A stretch of 64,000 nucleotides of DNA from Amoebophrya sp. A120 (Eukaryota > Protista > Dinoflagellata): the NCBI GenBank assembly GCA_905178155.1, contig CAJINV010000011.1, forward strand, positions 1,201,982-1,265,981. The letters are read 5' to 3'. A program made the position numbers and the translations under genes. A model generated the notes under the pieces. It made no database searches. It was given only the letters and a program-made list of their open reading frames with translations, and was not told where the DNA came from. Within the stretch, counting starts at the first letter, position 1; every line of letters starts with the position of its first letter. Shown in pieces: positions 62,231-64,000 of the stretch.

Positions 62231-64000
62231 ATGCCGCCGAAATCCAAAGCTCATCACCACCGTTCTGGGCAGAACAATGTCAAGAAGGCGCACAACAAGA
62301 AGCGCGGGGCCGGACCAAACCAGCCTGCGCCGCAGTTGCTGGCCTCGAAAGGGAAGAAGAAGCAGAACAACAAGTCTGGCAATGGTGACAAGAACTCAAA
62401 AGCTACCGCCCCGAAACTCGTCTGTTTCGTCGCGTTACACGACAGCGCAAATCCGTACTTGTTGAAAACCCAGTGCCTGAAGCAGGTCGGGTACGAAACG
62501 GAACACCTTCCGTACTCGCCGGTGACGGTCAATTTGCCGCCCTGGGCACAGACCAGCGCGCCAGGAGCCGGACAAGGAACTAGAGGTACGACTTCTTTGA
62601 CAGGCATTTAAGATGACGAAGAGGATATCGTCGATTAAACAACCTGAACCAATCTACCATCAGGTTCTTGTTTCAGGAGTACCATGAAAAACCCTAAGTC
62701 AGTGATTAGCTGCAACACGTGGACGTGCCTTCTTCACCATGAAGATGATGATAAGTACATTTATTCGCATGTGAATGTGCATAATCTAAATCTATCTCCA
62801 CCCCCATCATCGAACAGGTAACCAGCGCATGACGTTTTGGGACATTGCCAGTCGCGACAAGTTTCACATCCTAGATGCCGCCAAGGTCGCGGACGTGGTG
62901 GTGCTCTGCATGGGACCCCACGGGTCCCTGGAGTCCCGCCCTTTTGACGACATTGGGTACGAGACCCTGTCCTGCCTAAAATCCCAGGGCGTGCCGACGG
63001 TGGTGGGGGCGATGCAGGGGCTGGGGGGTGATAGTAGCTACCAGAGCATGGTGGAACAGCTGTTCAGCCAGGATACGGTCGCGAATTCCTCCTGCTCTTC
63101 CTCCTCCTCCTCCAGCACAACGACGACCACAACCTCCAAACATGCCCAACAGATGTTGTCGAAGAAGCAAAAACAGGCCATGTCGAAGCTCGTCCAGCGC
63201 TTTTTCGAATCAGAGTTCCCGAACGGCGAGAAATTCTTCGAGTGCAGTACTCCAAACGACTTGACCAATTTCGTCCGCCACGTTTCAAATACCAATTTGA
63301 AAGACCTGGCCTACCGAAAAGACCGGGGCTACATGCTGATAGAACAAGCGGAACCGAATTTCGAGAACGACAAAACGAAATTGAAATTATCCGGTTTTCT
63401 CCGCGGTTCCGGCATCTGCAGCAATAACCTGGTGCATTTGACCGGAGTGGGGGATTTTCCGGTTTTGGAAATTGCCACCGCGGACGGGAAGCAGAGACGG
63501 GTCAGGATGAATAAAGTGGGTACTGTTGAAGGCGGTAGTGCAGCAGTTAGTGAAATTCAGCGGCTGCAGCCCTACGATCCGTCGCAGAATGAGCAGCATT
63601 TGGGGGAGCAGGAGGCAAACAATGACTGTGCGATGGACGGGGCGGGGGACGGTAAGGAGTTGGTTTTTTTTGACGTTGCAAAAAATGTGTTTGCTTTCTT
63701 TCGTGATTTGTCGTAAGCGATCATCTAAAATCGCGCATATTTTTTTCCCGCCAACACTACACTAGAGCAGCCGTCAAGAATAAAGAAAAAATGAAAAAAT
63801 CGCAGCCGACGCCATGACCGATATCCCGGACGCGGCGGAGGGCGCGGTGCCAACGATGCTGGGCACGGCAGGGTTGAAACAAAGGGACGAAGATGAGGAC
63901 TCCGATTTTTCCTTTTCCGATTTAAACGAAGAACTGTTCCGCTACGCGGAGGAGTGCCCGACAAAGAAAACGATGGAGTTTGAAGAGCGCGCATTGGAAG
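62231..64000 (+). CDS. TSR1: Pre-rRNA processing protein TSR1 (AARP2CN region), runs off the window; first intron 62586-62817
   Basis: APKLVCFVAL, ILDAAKVADVV, LKSQGVPTVVG and LSGFLRG...NNLVHLTGVGDF motifs. Confidence 0.88.

Noticed and set aside
1-64000. Dinoflagellate spliced-leader relics, tRNA or rRNA genes
   Set aside because: None recognised by eye; a covariance-model search would be needed to exclude them.

Overview
This is a gene-dense eukaryotic (protist) window in which every host gene I could reconstruct lies on the + strand. The one-directional gene array, low-complexity protein insertions and transposon-like non-canonical introns point, by inference, to a syndinian dinoflagellate such as Amoebophrya. 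Recognisable host genes are an RsmE-like SPOUT methyltransferase, a cyclin-fold protein, RPS6, an SLC35F/DMT transporter, a 2xWW plus HIT-like Zn-finger protein, a dynein light intermediate chain-like protein, ES1/ElbB, CstF-77/RNA14 and a 3'-truncated TSR1. Two mobile systems dominate. (1) Sixteen 150-814 bp elements have TAY...RTA ends, terminal inverted repeats (TIRs) and 5-bp target-site duplications (TSDs). All sit inside coding exons, in either orientation, and removing the element plus one TSD restores the reading frame without GT-AG ends. (2) An 8.25-kb tyrosine-recombinase retrotransposon has YR-gag-RT/RH order and an A-x-BA-ORFs-B split-direct-repeat layout. It is inserted at the last AAT of the (AATG)n tail of a 5'-truncated LINE that keeps a 14-bp TSD. 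All gene models were built by eye and are unverified by RNA data or database search.
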